Assembly (NCBI GenBank): GCA_021821085.1
Contig: JAKACV010000004.1
Span: 27,543-91,542, forward strand
Source: Bacillota bacterium
GTDB taxonomy: Bacteria; Bacillota; Bacilli; Alicyclobacillales; SLC66
Length of the DNA stretch: 64,000 bases
Direction: 5' to 3'
Shown: positions 51,472 through 61,792 of the stretch, piece by piece
Position numbering within the stretch: position 1 is the first letter of the stretch
How the letters are laid out: the number at the start of each line of letters is the position of its first letter
The notes under the pieces: model-generated
What the model was told of the DNA's origin: nothing
The model's database searches: none
Seen by the model: the letters and a program-made list of their open reading frames with translations, nothing else
Position numbers and translations under genes: made by a program

Positions 51472-52890
51472 TTATGAGTGAGACGATGTCCACTCCGTGT
51501 GAAAGACGCCAGGGCGATCCACTCGCTCGTACGTGTGTGCACCGAAATAATCTCGCTGTGCCTGAATCAAATTTGCAGGCAACCGATCGCGTCGGTAGGC
51601 GTCATAGTACATGAGGGCATTGGCCATTGCAGGGACCGGAATTCCCTGCATTGCTGCGACCGCGACCACCTGGCGCAACGCGTCCTGATAGCGACGAAAA
51701 ATATCCTGAAAATACGGATCGAGCAATAAATTAGGCAATTTCGGATCACGCGTATAGGCACTCATGATGTTTTGCAAAAAACGTGCACGAATAATGCACC
51801 CGCCACGGAAAATACTGGCGATTTTATCGAGTTTAAGATCCCATCCGAATTCTGTAGAAGCGGCGCTCAATTGCGCAAATCCTTGCGCATAGGAACACAT
51901 CTTGCTCAGATACAGCGCCCGTCGCACAGCCTCCGAAAATCCCTTTGGATCTTGCGACTGCTCAGGCATTTCAGGGCCAACCAATAGGCGAGACGCAACA
52001 ACGCGCTCCTCTTTCATACTCGACAAACATCGCGCAAACACAGCCTCGGTGATCACAGACAACGGCACATCTAATTCGAGTGCACTATCACTTGCCCATC
52101 TCCCCGTTCCCTTTTGCTTCGCACGGTCCAGAATCATATCAACGAGAGGCTGATTCGTATCTGGATCTACTTTGCGAAAAATGTCCGCTGTAATCTCCAT
52201 CAAATAGCTATCTAATTCTCCCTGATTCCATTCGGCGTACATCTCGTGCAATGCGTTTGCATCCAATCCTAACACTTCATGTAATAAATGGTATGATTCC
52301 GCAATCAACTGCATATCACCGTATTCAATCCCATTATGAACCATTTTAACGTAATGCCCAGCTCCATCTGGCCCCATGTAGGCACAGCAAGGTTCCCCTT
52401 CCACTTGCGCTGCAATTTTTGTCAAGATCGGCTCGATGAGTTGATACGCCTTAGAATCCCCAGATGGCATTATGGATGGGCCATGTAAAGCTCCCTCCTC
52501 ACCACCCGATATGCCTGTTCCAATAAAGAGGATCCCTGCTTTCGACAAATCCGCTTCACGCCGTACCGTGTCTTTGTAAAACGAGTTTCCTCCATCAACG
52601 AGGAGATCCCCTGCTTCCAGATACGGACGAATCAGTGCGATCGTATCATCCGTGGCAGTACCTGCCTTCACCATTAAAATGATCCGGCGCGGCCGCTTCA
52701 ACGAAGCTACAAATTCCTCCACGCCGAACGTTCCAAACAATGTAGCCTGCGGATTTTCCGCCAACATCTCTCTCGTCTTATCTGGCGATCGATTGAATAA
52801 CGAGACCGAATACCCTCTGCTTTCAATGTTTAATGCCAGGTTTTTCCCCATCACAGCTAAACCGAAAACTCCCACGTCTTGTCCTGCCAT
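51472..52890 (-). CDS. gnd: 6-phosphogluconate dehydrogenase (decarboxylating)
   Basis: [22 protein letters not shown] and [16 protein letters not shown]. Start set at ATG 52890. Confidence 0.9.
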   Translation of the reverse strand: MAGQDVGVFGLAVMGKNLALNIESRGYSVSLFNRSPDKTREMLAENPQATLFGTFGVEEFVASLKRPRRIILMVKAGTATDDTIALIRPYLEAGDLLVDGGNSFYKDTVRREADLSKAGILFIGTGISGGEEGALHGPSIMPSGDSKAYQLIEPILTKIAAQVEGEPCCAYMGPDGAGHYVKMVHNGIEYGDMQLIAESYHLLHEVLGLDANALHEMYAEWNQGELDSYLMEITADIFRKVDPDTNQPLVDMILDRAKQKGTGRWASDSALELDVPLSVITEAVFARCLSSMKEERVVASRLLVGPEMPEQSQDPKGFSEAVRRALYLSKMCSYAQGFAQLSAASTEFGWDLKLDKIASIFRGGCIIRARFLQNIMSAYTRDPKLPNLLLDPYFQDIFRRYQDALRQVVAVAAMQGIPVPAMANALMYYDAYRRDRLPANLIQAQRDYFGAHTYERVDRPGVFHTEWTSSHS

Positions 52891-52919
52891 AGATCTCACC
52901 TTCCCATTAGAGTATCAAC

Positions 52920-54410
52920 TTACCACCACGTATGCCCGTCGGTACGCAACAATTCCTCTGCCTCTTTAGGCCCGGAACTCCCCGACTTATACAAATTAAG
53001 AGGATGTCCATTAGCAAATGATTGCGAAATCGGATCGATCCACTTCCAAGCGAGTTTAACTTCATCCCAACGTGTGAAGAAGGTCGAATCATCACGCATT
53101 GCGTCAAATATGAGGCGCTCATAAGCTTCTGGAAGATCCTTTGTCTCTTGTGAAAAATCAATTGAAATCGGCGAGGCCACCCCATCCTGTTCTGGGCTTT
53201 TTCCATTTAACTGCAGCGAGATGCCTTCCGTTGGATGAACATGAATCGTCAAGAGATTTGTCAGGAGCTTTCCATTTTGATTAAAATACAATCGCTCCGG
53301 TAAATTTTTAAACTCAATAACGATCTTCGTTTCCTTCCGATTGAGACGCTTCCCCGTACGAATGAAAAAAGGAACTCCAGCCCAACGAAAATTATCCACA
53401 AATACTTTAGCTGCGATAAATGTCTCTGTCGTGGAATGGGGATCGATTCCCGACTCATCGAGATATCCAACCAACGGATGAACACCAAACTCCCCTGACG
53501 AATACTGGCCACGCACGATATACTGAGTCACGTCTGACGAATCAAATTTGCGCAGAGATCGTAGTACCTTTACCTTCTCATCTCGAACCGCCTCTGTATT
53601 CAGCCTGCTCGGCGGCTCCATAGCTACCATCATCAACAATTGCAACATGTGGTTTTGCACCATGTCACGAAGTGCCCCCGCCTGTTCATAATAACCAAAG
53701 CGGTTCTCCACACCAACCAGTTCACTTGATGTGATTTGCACGTTTGATATGTAGCGATTGTTCCAAAGCGGTTCAAAGATCGAATTAGCAAAACGTAAAA
53801 CTTCTATATTTTGTACCATTTCTTTACCTAGATAGTGATCGATGCGGTAGACCTCATGCTCTTGAAACGCCGATGAAATTCGCTCGTTTAGAGCCTCAGC
53901 TGAAGCCAGATCGTGTCCAAATGGCTTTTCGATAATCAGGCGTCGCCATCCACTGTTTTGCGTTACACCATACTCTTTCAAGTATAGCGCCACTTGTTCA
54001 AACAAATCAGGCGCCATCGACAAATAAAAAATGCGATTTTGCGGAAGATGGTTCGCCATCTCAATGTCTTCTAAAGTCGTTTTGAGCCTCCTATAATCAT
54101 TCGGTTCACGCGCATCAAATGAGAGGTAGTGCATATGCTTAGCAAATTGCCGAGCTTTGTCCACAACATCACCCGCATTTCGAGAAAATTCCTGCACAGA
54201 TTGCACGATAAACTCTTGATAGGATTCCCTCGACATCGGCTTTCGTGAAAGACTCAAAACGGCAAAACGCTCAGGCATCTTCCCGTTCAAAAACAGGTTA
54301 TAGAGTGCCGGAATAATCTTTCGTTTTGCCAAATCTCCACTTCCACCAAACAATACAAATAACTGATTGTCCAAGCAGATTCTCCCTTCCATGCTCTTAC
54401 AACCATCCAT
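52920..54410 (-). CDS. zwf: Glucose-6-phosphate 1-dehydrogenase
   Basis: FVLFGGSGDLAKRK, RIDHYLGKE and EKPFG motifs. The true start may be TTG 54374 (GAAGGGAGA 6 nt upstream). Confidence 0.9.
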   Translation of the reverse strand: MDGCKSMEGRICLDNQLFVLFGGSGDLAKRKIIPALYNLFLNGKMPERFAVLSLSRKPMSRESYQEFIVQSVQEFSRNAGDVVDKARQFAKHMHYLSFDAREPNDYRRLKTTLEDIEMANHLPQNRIFYLSMAPDLFEQVALYLKEYGVTQNSGWRRLIIEKPFGHDLASAEALNERISSAFQEHEVYRIDHYLGKEMVQNIEVLRFANSIFEPLWNNRYISNVQITSSELVGVENRFGYYEQAGALRDMVQNHMLQLLMMVAMEPPSRLNTEAVRDEKVKVLRSLRKFDSSDVTQYIVRGQYSSGEFGVHPLVGYLDESGIDPHSTTETFIAAKVFVDNFRWAGVPFFIRTGKRLNRKETKIVIEFKNLPERLYFNQNGKLLTNLLTIHVHPTEGISLQLNGKSPEQDGVASPISIDFSQETKDLPEAYERLIFDAMRDDSTFFTRWDEVKLAWKWIDPISQSFANGHPLNLYKSGSSGPKEAEELLRTDGHTWW

Positions 54411-54764
54411 ATCGATAGATATTAACCTGACACAAGTATAGCAGTTATTCTGTGATTAAACGAAAGAAACCAGCATAGGCAGCCGGGAACTATACATGAC
54501 CCTCACTAAATATTCCCCCGAATGCAGAGGAACTCGTCCGATTGAATTGATGCTCTGTACTGTGCAATAAACACCTTGCCTGCTGCCCTGATGGAAATTG
54601 AGCACAGGACAATTTATACCTTATTTTGTACGGAATAAATCGAAATATGTATCGCAAGATTCGTTCCACAACCTGTTTTCATGCCCGGAGTGATCATCAC
54701 GGCCATTGCCAAAGCAAAATAATCCTTCTTTGTATTCGTACCTGAAAAGGAGATGATCTGTCGT

Positions 54765-54817
54765 CAAAAAACCGTTCACATGGTAACTTCATGATTTCGA
54801 CGTTACCATGTGAACGG
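54765..54817 (-). terminator. Intrinsic terminator after the PHP phosphatase gene
   Basis: CCGTTCACATGGTAAC pairs with GTTACCATGTGAACGG (16-bp stem). On the minus strand it is followed by TTTTTT. Confidence 0.75.
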
Positions 54818-54836
54818 CTTTATATTTGATCTAAAG

Positions 54837-55679
54837 TTATTCCAAAAATCCTGTCGCATACACATTGTAATGCCGTCCAATGGATTCAGGAGCATGCGCA
54901 TCAGATCCAAATATACAACTAACCCCTATTTCTTTTGCACGTATTATTTCTGCCATCGCTGGATACGATACACCGCAAGACGGTATATCGATACCGGCCA
55001 TATTCGCATCTAATTGAATTCGACTTTTAGCTAACATATTAAAAACATCATCCAAATAGGGTTTTCTCATCTCTGGATCATAAGCTGGAAGATCCCTCAA
55101 AAATTTATCAATCAGCGTCACATGTCCAAGCCGCACCGGTACATCAAATTTTTGCGCTAACGTAATGGCTCGCTCCTGATGTTCAAAATAAACTTCCACC
55201 AAACGCTCCATACATCCATAATAGGTTAACAGTCCCTCTTGAATATCCTGTGCACTTAAATCTACACACCGCATGCCATTCTTGCCTGGAAGATAATGCA
55301 CGGAGATAATCACTTCTTCAATCACATGTTTCCCGCGTTCCAATAACATCCAGGTGAAATCCTCGTTGTCTTCTAAATAGTCCAATTCATACCCGATACG
55401 GACGTCAATCGTCTCCTGGAATTTTCTCTTAACGACGAGCGCATCCTCCAAATAACGTGGCAAATCTTCTTTATCCATTCCCAAAATTCTCTGTACAGAG
55501 ACATCTTTCAACCATTGATCCGGAAGTGGCGGATGTTCTGTGAGACTGATTCGCTGAAATCCAAGATCTGCCGCCCGTACGATGTAGGATTCCATCAAGG
55601 CGCTACTCCCATGTCTACAATAAGGTCCATGCGTATGACCATCCCACCTGATTTCGCTGTCACCTGTGAACTTATGCAC
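54837..55679 (-). CDS. PHP-family histidinol-phosphatase (HisJ/HisK type)
   Basis: DGHTHGPYCRHGS resembles the B. subtilis HisJ N-terminus DGHIHTPFCPHGS. C-terminal FGSDAH is present. Confidence 0.65.
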   Translation of the reverse strand: MHKFTGDSEIRWDGHTHGPYCRHGSSALMESYIVRAADLGFQRISLTEHPPLPDQWLKDVSVQRILGMDKEDLPRYLEDALVVKRKFQETIDVRIGYELDYLEDNEDFTWMLLERGKHVIEEVIISVHYLPGKNGMRCVDLSAQDIQEGLLTYYGCMERLVEVYFEHQERAITLAQKFDVPVRLGHVTLIDKFLRDLPAYDPEMRKPYLDDVFNMLAKSRIQLDANMAGIDIPSCGVSYPAMAEIIRAKEIGVSCIFGSDAHAPESIGRHYNVYATGFLE

Positions 55680-55747
55680 AACCTTGCCTCCCGTTTTTCA
55701 TCCAATACAGCATGACAAGATCATCCGCCGATTTTGCGATTCTTTTG

Positions 55748-56527
55748 TTAATCGACATCTTGTGTATTGGCGAGGATCACTTCGATCCCCAATTCCTCTA
55801 ATTTCTCTCGCATCACTGGATGCAATCCTTGATCTGTAACTAACATATCCATGATACTGAGCGATCCGACAACGGAAAATGCACGAACTCCCATTTTGCT
55901 TGAATCCGCCATCACAATCACTTGACTTGCACATTCAGCCATGACTTTTCTCATGTGTACCTCACGATCGTTATAGTCTGTTATTCCTGTGTCTAAAGTA
56001 AGTCCACCTGCAGAAAGGAATGCGCGATGTACGTGAAATTGACGAAGCGTTGCTTCTGCAAGATACCCCCACAAATAGGGTTCCTCATGTTGCAACTCGC
56101 CGCCTGTCACAATCACGCGAGCAGAACATGCTTGTTGAGCGAGCAGAGCTGCTTTGAACGACGGGGTAATGACCGTCAGATTTTGTTTGCCAAGCAGTGC
56201 TTCACAAAACAGTAGGGCTGTCGTCCCTACATCCACGATAATGGTGTCGCCGTTTTCTACTAATTCGGCAGCACGCACACCAATGGCTCGTTTCTCGGGA
56301 ATTCGCAAGCCTTCGCGTTCTTTGAATTGACGTTCCTTATCCTCCTGCCAAATACTCACCGCACCCCCATGTACACGGCGTAAAAGTCCTTGCTGTTCTA
56401 ATTGATCGAGATCACGGCGAATGGTTTCACCAGCGACGCCTATCGTCTTCGCCAAATCAACCACTCGCACGGAGGATTCGGCTAGCAATCGATCTAAAAT
56501 GATTCGCTGTCGATCAATTGCCAACAT
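55748..56527 (-). CDS. DeoR/GlpR-family transcriptional regulator
   Basis: N-terminal HTH (RQRIILDRLLAESSVRVVDLAKTIGVAGETIRRDL) followed by a DeoR C-terminal sensor domain. Confidence 0.9.
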   Translation of the reverse strand: MLAIDRQRIILDRLLAESSVRVVDLAKTIGVAGETIRRDLDQLEQQGLLRRVHGGAVSIWQEDKERQFKEREGLRIPEKRAIGVRAAELVENGDTIIVDVGTTALLFCEALLGKQNLTVITPSFKAALLAQQACSARVIVTGGELQHEEPYLWGYLAEATLRQFHVHRAFLSAGGLTLDTGITDYNDREVHMRKVMAECASQVIVMADSSKMGVRAFSVVGSLSIMDMLVTDQGLHPVMREKLEELGIEVILANTQDVD

Positions 56528-56570
56528 GTAAATTCACCCCTTATATAACTTATAGTGAACATCCTTATCA

Positions 56571-57614
56571 TCACGATCGCGGATCGTCAATCTGAATATA
56601 TATCTGATCCCCTTCAGTGTATTCCAGTTTACCAGATGGCACATCTACAGTTAATAACGTATCATCAGTCATGCGCACACGTACTCGCGTGGAGTTTCCT
56701 AGAAACATGGAGAACACCACAACACCTTGAGGTTCTGTGTTCGTCACAGGATGAGCGAGTAGCCGAATCGCTTCGGGTCGCACGTACAACTTTGTTCCCC
56801 CTGCAGCTAGCTCCCTACGCTGATTCGCATGAAGCGGATAATGAAACGAGTACCCACACCACTGAACATCATGAATACCGTCATCAGCACGGGTAACAAA
56901 AATAGCGCTAGATACGCCAATAAATGTCGAAACAAATGCAGTCGCCGGAGAATGATAGACTTCCTTTGGCGTCCCCGTTTGTTCAATTTCCCCTGTCTGC
57001 ATGACGATTACCCGGTCAGCCAACGACAAGGCTTCCTCTTGATCATGAGTTACCATGAGTGTCGTTACACCAGTTTGACGCTGAACATCTTTTAGCAGCT
57101 CACGCAAGCTGTCACGCACCTTCGCATCCAAGGCAGAGAGAGGTTCATCAAGCAGTAATAACGGCGGCCGAAAAGCAAGTGCGCGCGCTAACGCTACACG
57201 TTGACGTTCTCCACCACTCATCTGAGCAGGATAATAATGTTCTCGGTGAGGTAATTGCATGAGACCGAGAAGTTCATTCACTCGATCTCTGATCTCATTT
57301 TTCTTAACTCGCCGAAGACGTAGAGCAAAGGCAATATTTTCACCCGCAGTTAAATGGGGGAAAAGCGCATACGACTGAAACACAACGCCAATCTGTCGAT
57401 CCTTTGGTCTCACGTTCGTTACGTTTCGTTCTCCGATATAAACCGTACCCGCAGATGGTGTCAATAATCCTGCGATCATGCGTAACACAGTAGTCTTTCC
57501 AGAACCACTTGGCCCAAGTAACGCAATAAATTCCCCAGGTTCTAGACGAATTGAGAAATCGCGAACGGCAACATGATCGCGAAACCGTTTTTCAAGGTGT
57601 TCAACCGTCAGCAT
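56571..57614 (-). CDS. ABC transporter ATP-binding protein (PotA/CysA type with a TOBE-like tail)
   Basis: GPSGSGKTT, MSGGERQRVALARAL and LLLDEPLS. Confidence 0.9.
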   Translation of the reverse strand: MLTVEHLEKRFRDHVAVRDFSIRLEPGEFIALLGPSGSGKTTVLRMIAGLLTPSAGTVYIGERNVTNVRPKDRQIGVVFQSYALFPHLTAGENIAFALRLRRVKKNEIRDRVNELLGLMQLPHREHYYPAQMSGGERQRVALARALAFRPPLLLLDEPLSALDAKVRDSLRELLKDVQRQTGVTTLMVTHDQEEALSLADRVIVMQTGEIEQTGTPKEVYHSPATAFVSTFIGVSSAIFVTRADDGIHDVQWCGYSFHYPLHANQRRELAAGGTKLYVRPEAIRLLAHPVTNTEPQGVVVFSMFLGNSTRVRVRMTDDTLLTVDVPSGKLEYTEGDQIYIQIDDPRS

Positions 57615-57617
57615 AGG

Positions 57618-58403
57618 TTATGCCCGTTCCCCTTTCACACGTCGTCGTTTATCAGATGCAAAGAAAAGGGCTGCGACGACACCCATCACTGCAAGAACCA
57701 AGGTAAGGACGGCCATCGCAGATCCTTCTAATGGATTATTAGTAAATGCAATCATCAAATAGAGTGGCAATGTATTGTACGATCCGCCTGTGGTAAGCTG
57801 CGTAATCGTAAATTCCCCAATCGATATCGTGAAAATTAGCAATCCACCATTGATCATGCCTGATCGTAGAAGAGGCAGCTGTATCTTCATAAAAGCATAA
57901 ACTCCTGTTGCCCCAAGCGATTGTGCAGCCTCATGTAGACTCAGCGCATCCGTATGGCGCAAACGATTCAACAAAACTTGTACATAAAAGGGCATGCCTA
58001 ATAACGCAAATGCAAACGGGAGTAAATAGGGTGTACCCACAAGATTCAATAGTCCAGAAGAAAAAAATTGAACATAGGCGAGCGCAAGTACGACGGCCGG
58101 GACGACAAATGGGACGAAGCTCACTGCCTCAATCACGCGAAGCACCTTCGGAGCATACAGATACGCATGCCAAACAGGTGGCGTAAAAATCCCGATGGAA
58201 AGAATCACTGTGCAAAGAGCAAGGAACAGCGAATTGAGCAGACTACCAGAAAATAAAGGATTGACAATCAGTTGTTGAAAACTACTCAGCGTTGGAGTGG
58301 TCCCCGCACCTTGAATTGAAAATTGAACCAACCCTACAAAAGGAACAAGAACCTGAGTGAGAAAGAGGACGATAACGATGCGATAGATCCATTTTTCAAA
58401 CAT
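57618..58403 (-). CDS. ABC transporter permease
   Basis: 261 aa with 6 TM segments and an EAA-like loop (HEAAQSLGATG). Confidence 0.85.
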   Translation of the reverse strand: MFEKWIYRIVIVLFLTQVLVPFVGLVQFSIQGAGTTPTLSSFQQLIVNPLFSGSLLNSLFLALCTVILSIGIFTPPVWHAYLYAPKVLRVIEAVSFVPFVVPAVVLALAYVQFFSSGLLNLVGTPYLLPFAFALLGMPFYVQVLLNRLRHTDALSLHEAAQSLGATGVYAFMKIQLPLLRSGMINGGLLIFTISIGEFTITQLTTGGSYNTLPLYLMIAFTNNPLEGSAMAVLTLVLAVMGVVAALFFASDKRRRVKGERA

Positions 58404-59259
58404 TGATTGCCCCGCCTTTCACTCTTTGACGACGTTTCTTTCGCATCCTAAGAGACAAAACGAACAGCGAAAGCGAGAGCGAAAGAACCACCATTTCTTC
58501 CACAGCAAGTGCATTGCCAAGACCGACATTGAGTGAGACATTTCCATTAATCAGGTAGCCAATTTGAATGGGAATTAAATTAACTGAGCCTCCTGCGATT
58601 GCATAGGCAGTTACATAGGCTGAAAACGCATTGGCAAATAGCAAAGAGAAAGTGCCGAGAAACGAAGGGGCTAAGACGGGGATGAGCACTCGCCTAAAGT
58701 ATTCCAAGACATTACACCCCAAGGAAAGCGCCGCTGCCTCTAGATCCTCAGATAGCGAACTGTAGGCAGGAAGTAGCACGAGCACAGCTAGTGGGATTTG
58801 AAACGCACAATACACGAGAATCAACCCAACAGAGGAGGAAAGATTAAATCCAGTTTGGGATAAATTAAAGTGAAAGAACTTTTGCAATGCATTGGTAACC
58901 AACCCTGATACGCCAAACGTCACCATAAACGCCACCGCGAGGGGGAGTCCCGCAAAGTTTGCAAGGACACCCGACATGGCTGATATGACGGTGGTTACCC
59001 ACGTACTCTTACTGCGCCAAAGAGACAGGGCCACAACTGCCCCTCCGATCAGTCCAATTAAGCCACTCCAAAAGGCCACTTTCAAGGTCGTTATGAACGC
59101 ATTCAGATATTGACTGGAAAAACTTTGTCCATAAAAATTAAACGTCAGCCCACGAGCCCACATGCTGTTTGCAATCACATTGGCAACTGGAATCAGCGCA
59201 AACAGACTGATGAATAGAAAAAGGGGGCCATAGATCATGAGCAAGTGCATCCTTTTCAT
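58396..59259 (-). CDS. ABC transporter permease
   Basis: EAA-like loop (EAAALSLGCN). ORF 58396..59277, start set at ATG 59259. Confidence 0.85.
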   Translation of the reverse strand: MKRMHLLMIYGPLFLFISLFALIPVANVIANSMWARGLTFNFYGQSFSSQYLNAFITTLKVAFWSGLIGLIGGAVVALSLWRSKSTWVTTVISAMSGVLANFAGLPLAVAFMVTFGVSGLVTNALQKFFHFNLSQTGFNLSSSVGLILVYCAFQIPLAVLVLLPAYSSLSEDLEAAALSLGCNVLEYFRRVLIPVLAPSFLGTFSLLFANAFSAYVTAYAIAGGSVNLIPIQIGYLINGNVSLNVGLGNALAVEEMVVLSLSLSLFVLSLRMRKKRRQRVKGGAINV

Positions 59260-59312
59260 TCCATAACGCCCTTTCACGTCGCTTGATCGTGGCTAAAATT
59301 TCCTGTTTTTCG

Positions 59313-60473
59313 CTATTGTCCAAGAACCTGAGTTCCCCACTGGCTAATAATTTGATTTTGAACACTACTTAGATTCCCTGATAAAAAGTGTACGGCGGAC
59401 ATATTCAACTTTGGCAAATGAACGGTAGACGGTAAGTGTAGATATGGGAGCCGAACAGGATATGCGCCACCTTCTGCATAAGAGATTTGTCCTGCATTAG
59501 AAAACAGATAGGTGTTCAGCAAGCGCGCCGCATAGGGATGTGGTGCATATTTGTTAACAACTTCAACATACGGCCCTGCAACGACCCCGTCAGATGGTAC
59601 CACTACTTTAATCGGCGGATTGCCTGCAAATTGTTTCTGATCAGCCTCCGCCAAATAGTTCCACGTGATTCCGATCGCCACTTGTCCCGTTTGCATAGCT
59701 GCGGTGCTGTAATTTGCTCCTGTCCAGTTTCCACTCTTTTTTAGTTTCGCGAAGAATTGCAAACCGGGTTCAATGTTATTTACACTTCCACCAAACGCAT
59801 AAGCTGCTGCAATAACTGCATCTAGACTTACGGCAGCTTGACGCGGATCTGCGAATCCAATCATGCCGCGATATTGTGGTTTCAATAAATCTGCCCACGT
59901 AGTCGGCACATTCTTAACCTTATTTGTGTTCACCTCAAACGCCGTCACACCGTAATAAGCTGCGGCCCAGTTGCCATTCGAATCCTTCAGGTTATTAGGA
60001 ATCTGATTCCAATATTTATTTTTAAAAGGAGCCGTTACGCCCATTTGTACGGCGGTCGGGCCAAAACTAATGCCAATATCGCCAACATCACCAATTGGAT
60101 GATTTTTTTCACTTTGAAATGCTTGTAGTTCCTGTCCGGAGGACATATTGCCCTCCGCTTGATATAATGTGTTGATCCCATATTTTTTTTGAAAACTCGA
60201 CCACATATTGCCCAAATTCGCCCAATTAGCAGGCATCCCAAATCCATGTACCGTGCCTTCTGCTTTGGTCTTCGCCACAAGTTGTGCATAGGGTACAGTA
60301 ACCCCAATGGCAGATGCTTGATTGGAACCACCAGTTGCAGAGCCAGAACTGGCCAAAGAATTTGATACTCCCGTATTGGTACCACATCCCGCAAGTACAG
60401 TTGTTCCACATAAACCCATCACAGCTAAAACAGCCATACGATTTTTCTTTGATTTCATTTTATTATTTTTCAT
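59313..60473 (-). CDS. ABC transporter substrate-binding lipoprotein (PotD/PhnS-like, family 1)
   Basis: Lipobox TVLAGCG. ORF 59313..60527, start set at ATG 60473. Confidence 0.75.
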   Translation of the reverse strand: MKNNKMKSKKNRMAVLAVMGLCGTTVLAGCGTNTGVSNSLASSGSATGGSNQASAIGVTVPYAQLVAKTKAEGTVHGFGMPANWANLGNMWSSFQKKYGINTLYQAEGNMSSGQELQAFQSEKNHPIGDVGDIGISFGPTAVQMGVTAPFKNKYWNQIPNNLKDSNGNWAAAYYGVTAFEVNTNKVKNVPTTWADLLKPQYRGMIGFADPRQAAVSLDAVIAAAYAFGGSVNNIEPGLQFFAKLKKSGNWTGANYSTAAMQTGQVAIGITWNYLAEADQKQFAGNPPIKVVVPSDGVVAGPYVEVVNKYAPHPYAARLLNTYLFSNAGQISYAEGGAYPVRLPYLHLPSTVHLPKLNMSAVHFLSGNLSSVQNQIISQWGTQVLGQ

Positions 60474-60530
60474 TTGACTGATCCCCATTTCCTTTTTATC
60501 AACCTTCGATTTCGGATAAATAGACACGGC

Positions 60531-61388
60531 TTATGAAAACCAATTTGTAAGAACATACTTCGGTAAAGGAGCCATGGATGTCGCAGGTGACAGTCTGAGC
60601 AAACGACAACAGAGAGCAGCGATACTGGTTTGCGGAAAGAGATGTTCCTCATCAAGTCCAGCTATCTTCAGCAACGGACTAAATACGTAAAGAGGCACAT
60701 CACGCACCCCAAAATCAGTGCCGCCATGAAAACCAAACTCATCCATCCCGTGATCAGCCGTGACCAAAACGTCATAACCGGAACGTATCCATTCAGGTAG
60801 CAATCTAGCTAACAAATGATCGATTCGCATTGCCTGCCCGTTATATTGTTTTGAAGAGGAGCCAAATTGATGCCCCGCATCATCGACTCCCATGGGGTGA
60901 ATCAATAGAAAATCAGGTTGAATCGTTTGACGTAGACTCTCCGCCTCACTAAAGACATGACTATCTGGATAACTATCCTCATAATAAAAACGACCTGAGG
61001 CGATTCTCCCCTCACCGTCATTTCTTTCCCGATGTCGCACTGGGTCAAAAGGTGCTGCACAGTAGAGTTCTGAGAACCAATAATACGCCGATGCCGCTGA
61101 GACAAGATCATGAGCCCGAACCACATCAAAAATGCTCTGTTCCTCTGATATACGTACGATGTCATTTCCCACCACTCCATGCTGTAGCGGTGACATCCCT
61201 GTGCAGATAGATTCATAACAGGGACGAGATAAACTAGGCAAAACACTCTTCACTTTCGTACGAAGACCCTGCCCTTGCTCGATCATTCCTTCAACAAAAC
61301 CTAGTGCACGACGAGCTGCATCATCACGTAGTCCGTCTATAATGACGAGTATGACTTTGCGGGAGTCTACTGAACTTACGTTAGACAT
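60531..61388 (-). CDS. Alkaline-phosphatase-superfamily phosphodiesterase / nucleotide pyrophosphatase-like enzyme (cytoplasmic)
   Basis: VILVIIDGLRDD (metal site), PSLSRPCYESICTG (nucleophile region) and VTADHGMD. No signal peptide. Confidence 0.7.
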   Translation of the reverse strand: MSNVSSVDSRKVILVIIDGLRDDAARRALGFVEGMIEQGQGLRTKVKSVLPSLSRPCYESICTGMSPLQHGVVGNDIVRISEEQSIFDVVRAHDLVSAASAYYWFSELYCAAPFDPVRHRERNDGEGRIASGRFYYEDSYPDSHVFSEAESLRQTIQPDFLLIHPMGVDDAGHQFGSSSKQYNGQAMRIDHLLARLLPEWIRSGYDVLVTADHGMDEFGFHGGTDFGVRDVPLYVFSPLLKIAGLDEEHLFPQTSIAALCCRLLRLSPATSMAPLPKYVLTNWFS

Positions 61389-61719
61389 CAGAATTATTCT
61401 CCTCTCATATATGAGGCAATCTTATTTAATGGTTTTCGTAATGTGGATTATTCAATAAAAATGTGGTTTTTACTTCTATTGGCATCATTATAGGATTTGA
61501 AAATATGGTTTTCATGATAGTAGTGTAATGTTATTTTGTCGATTTGTAATAGTTATGTAAATCCATCGTCTTTGCTAAGTGGATGCATGACAGGAACCAT
61601 CATTGCGGAAATGGAGGCCGAAAAGTGGTTCTGCACTCACAAGCATCGGTATGATCATTGAATACGTCATGGGCGGAAAATTTATCTACATGTTCCGGGA
61701 AATATCATGTTCTTCTATA

Positions 61720-61772
61720 AATAATGATTCGGATCACAGACCAGAGATCGGTCAATGATCCGAATCATTATT
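61720..61772 (-). terminator. Hairpin after the sugar-binding-protein gene (17-bp stem)
   Basis: AATAATGATTCGGATCA pairs with TGATCCGAATCATTATT. Confidence 0.5.
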
Positions 61773-61792
61773 TGTGTATCGCAGATCAAAGA

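Noticed and set aside
54420-54760. The ~340-bp untranslated region upstream of zwf, inspected for a riboswitch, small gene or repeat.
   Set aside because: I could identify no conserved riboswitch core, convincing hairpin/U-tract pair, SD-led ORF or repeat. It is probably promoter and UTR, and a search of all Rfam models would be needed to be sure.
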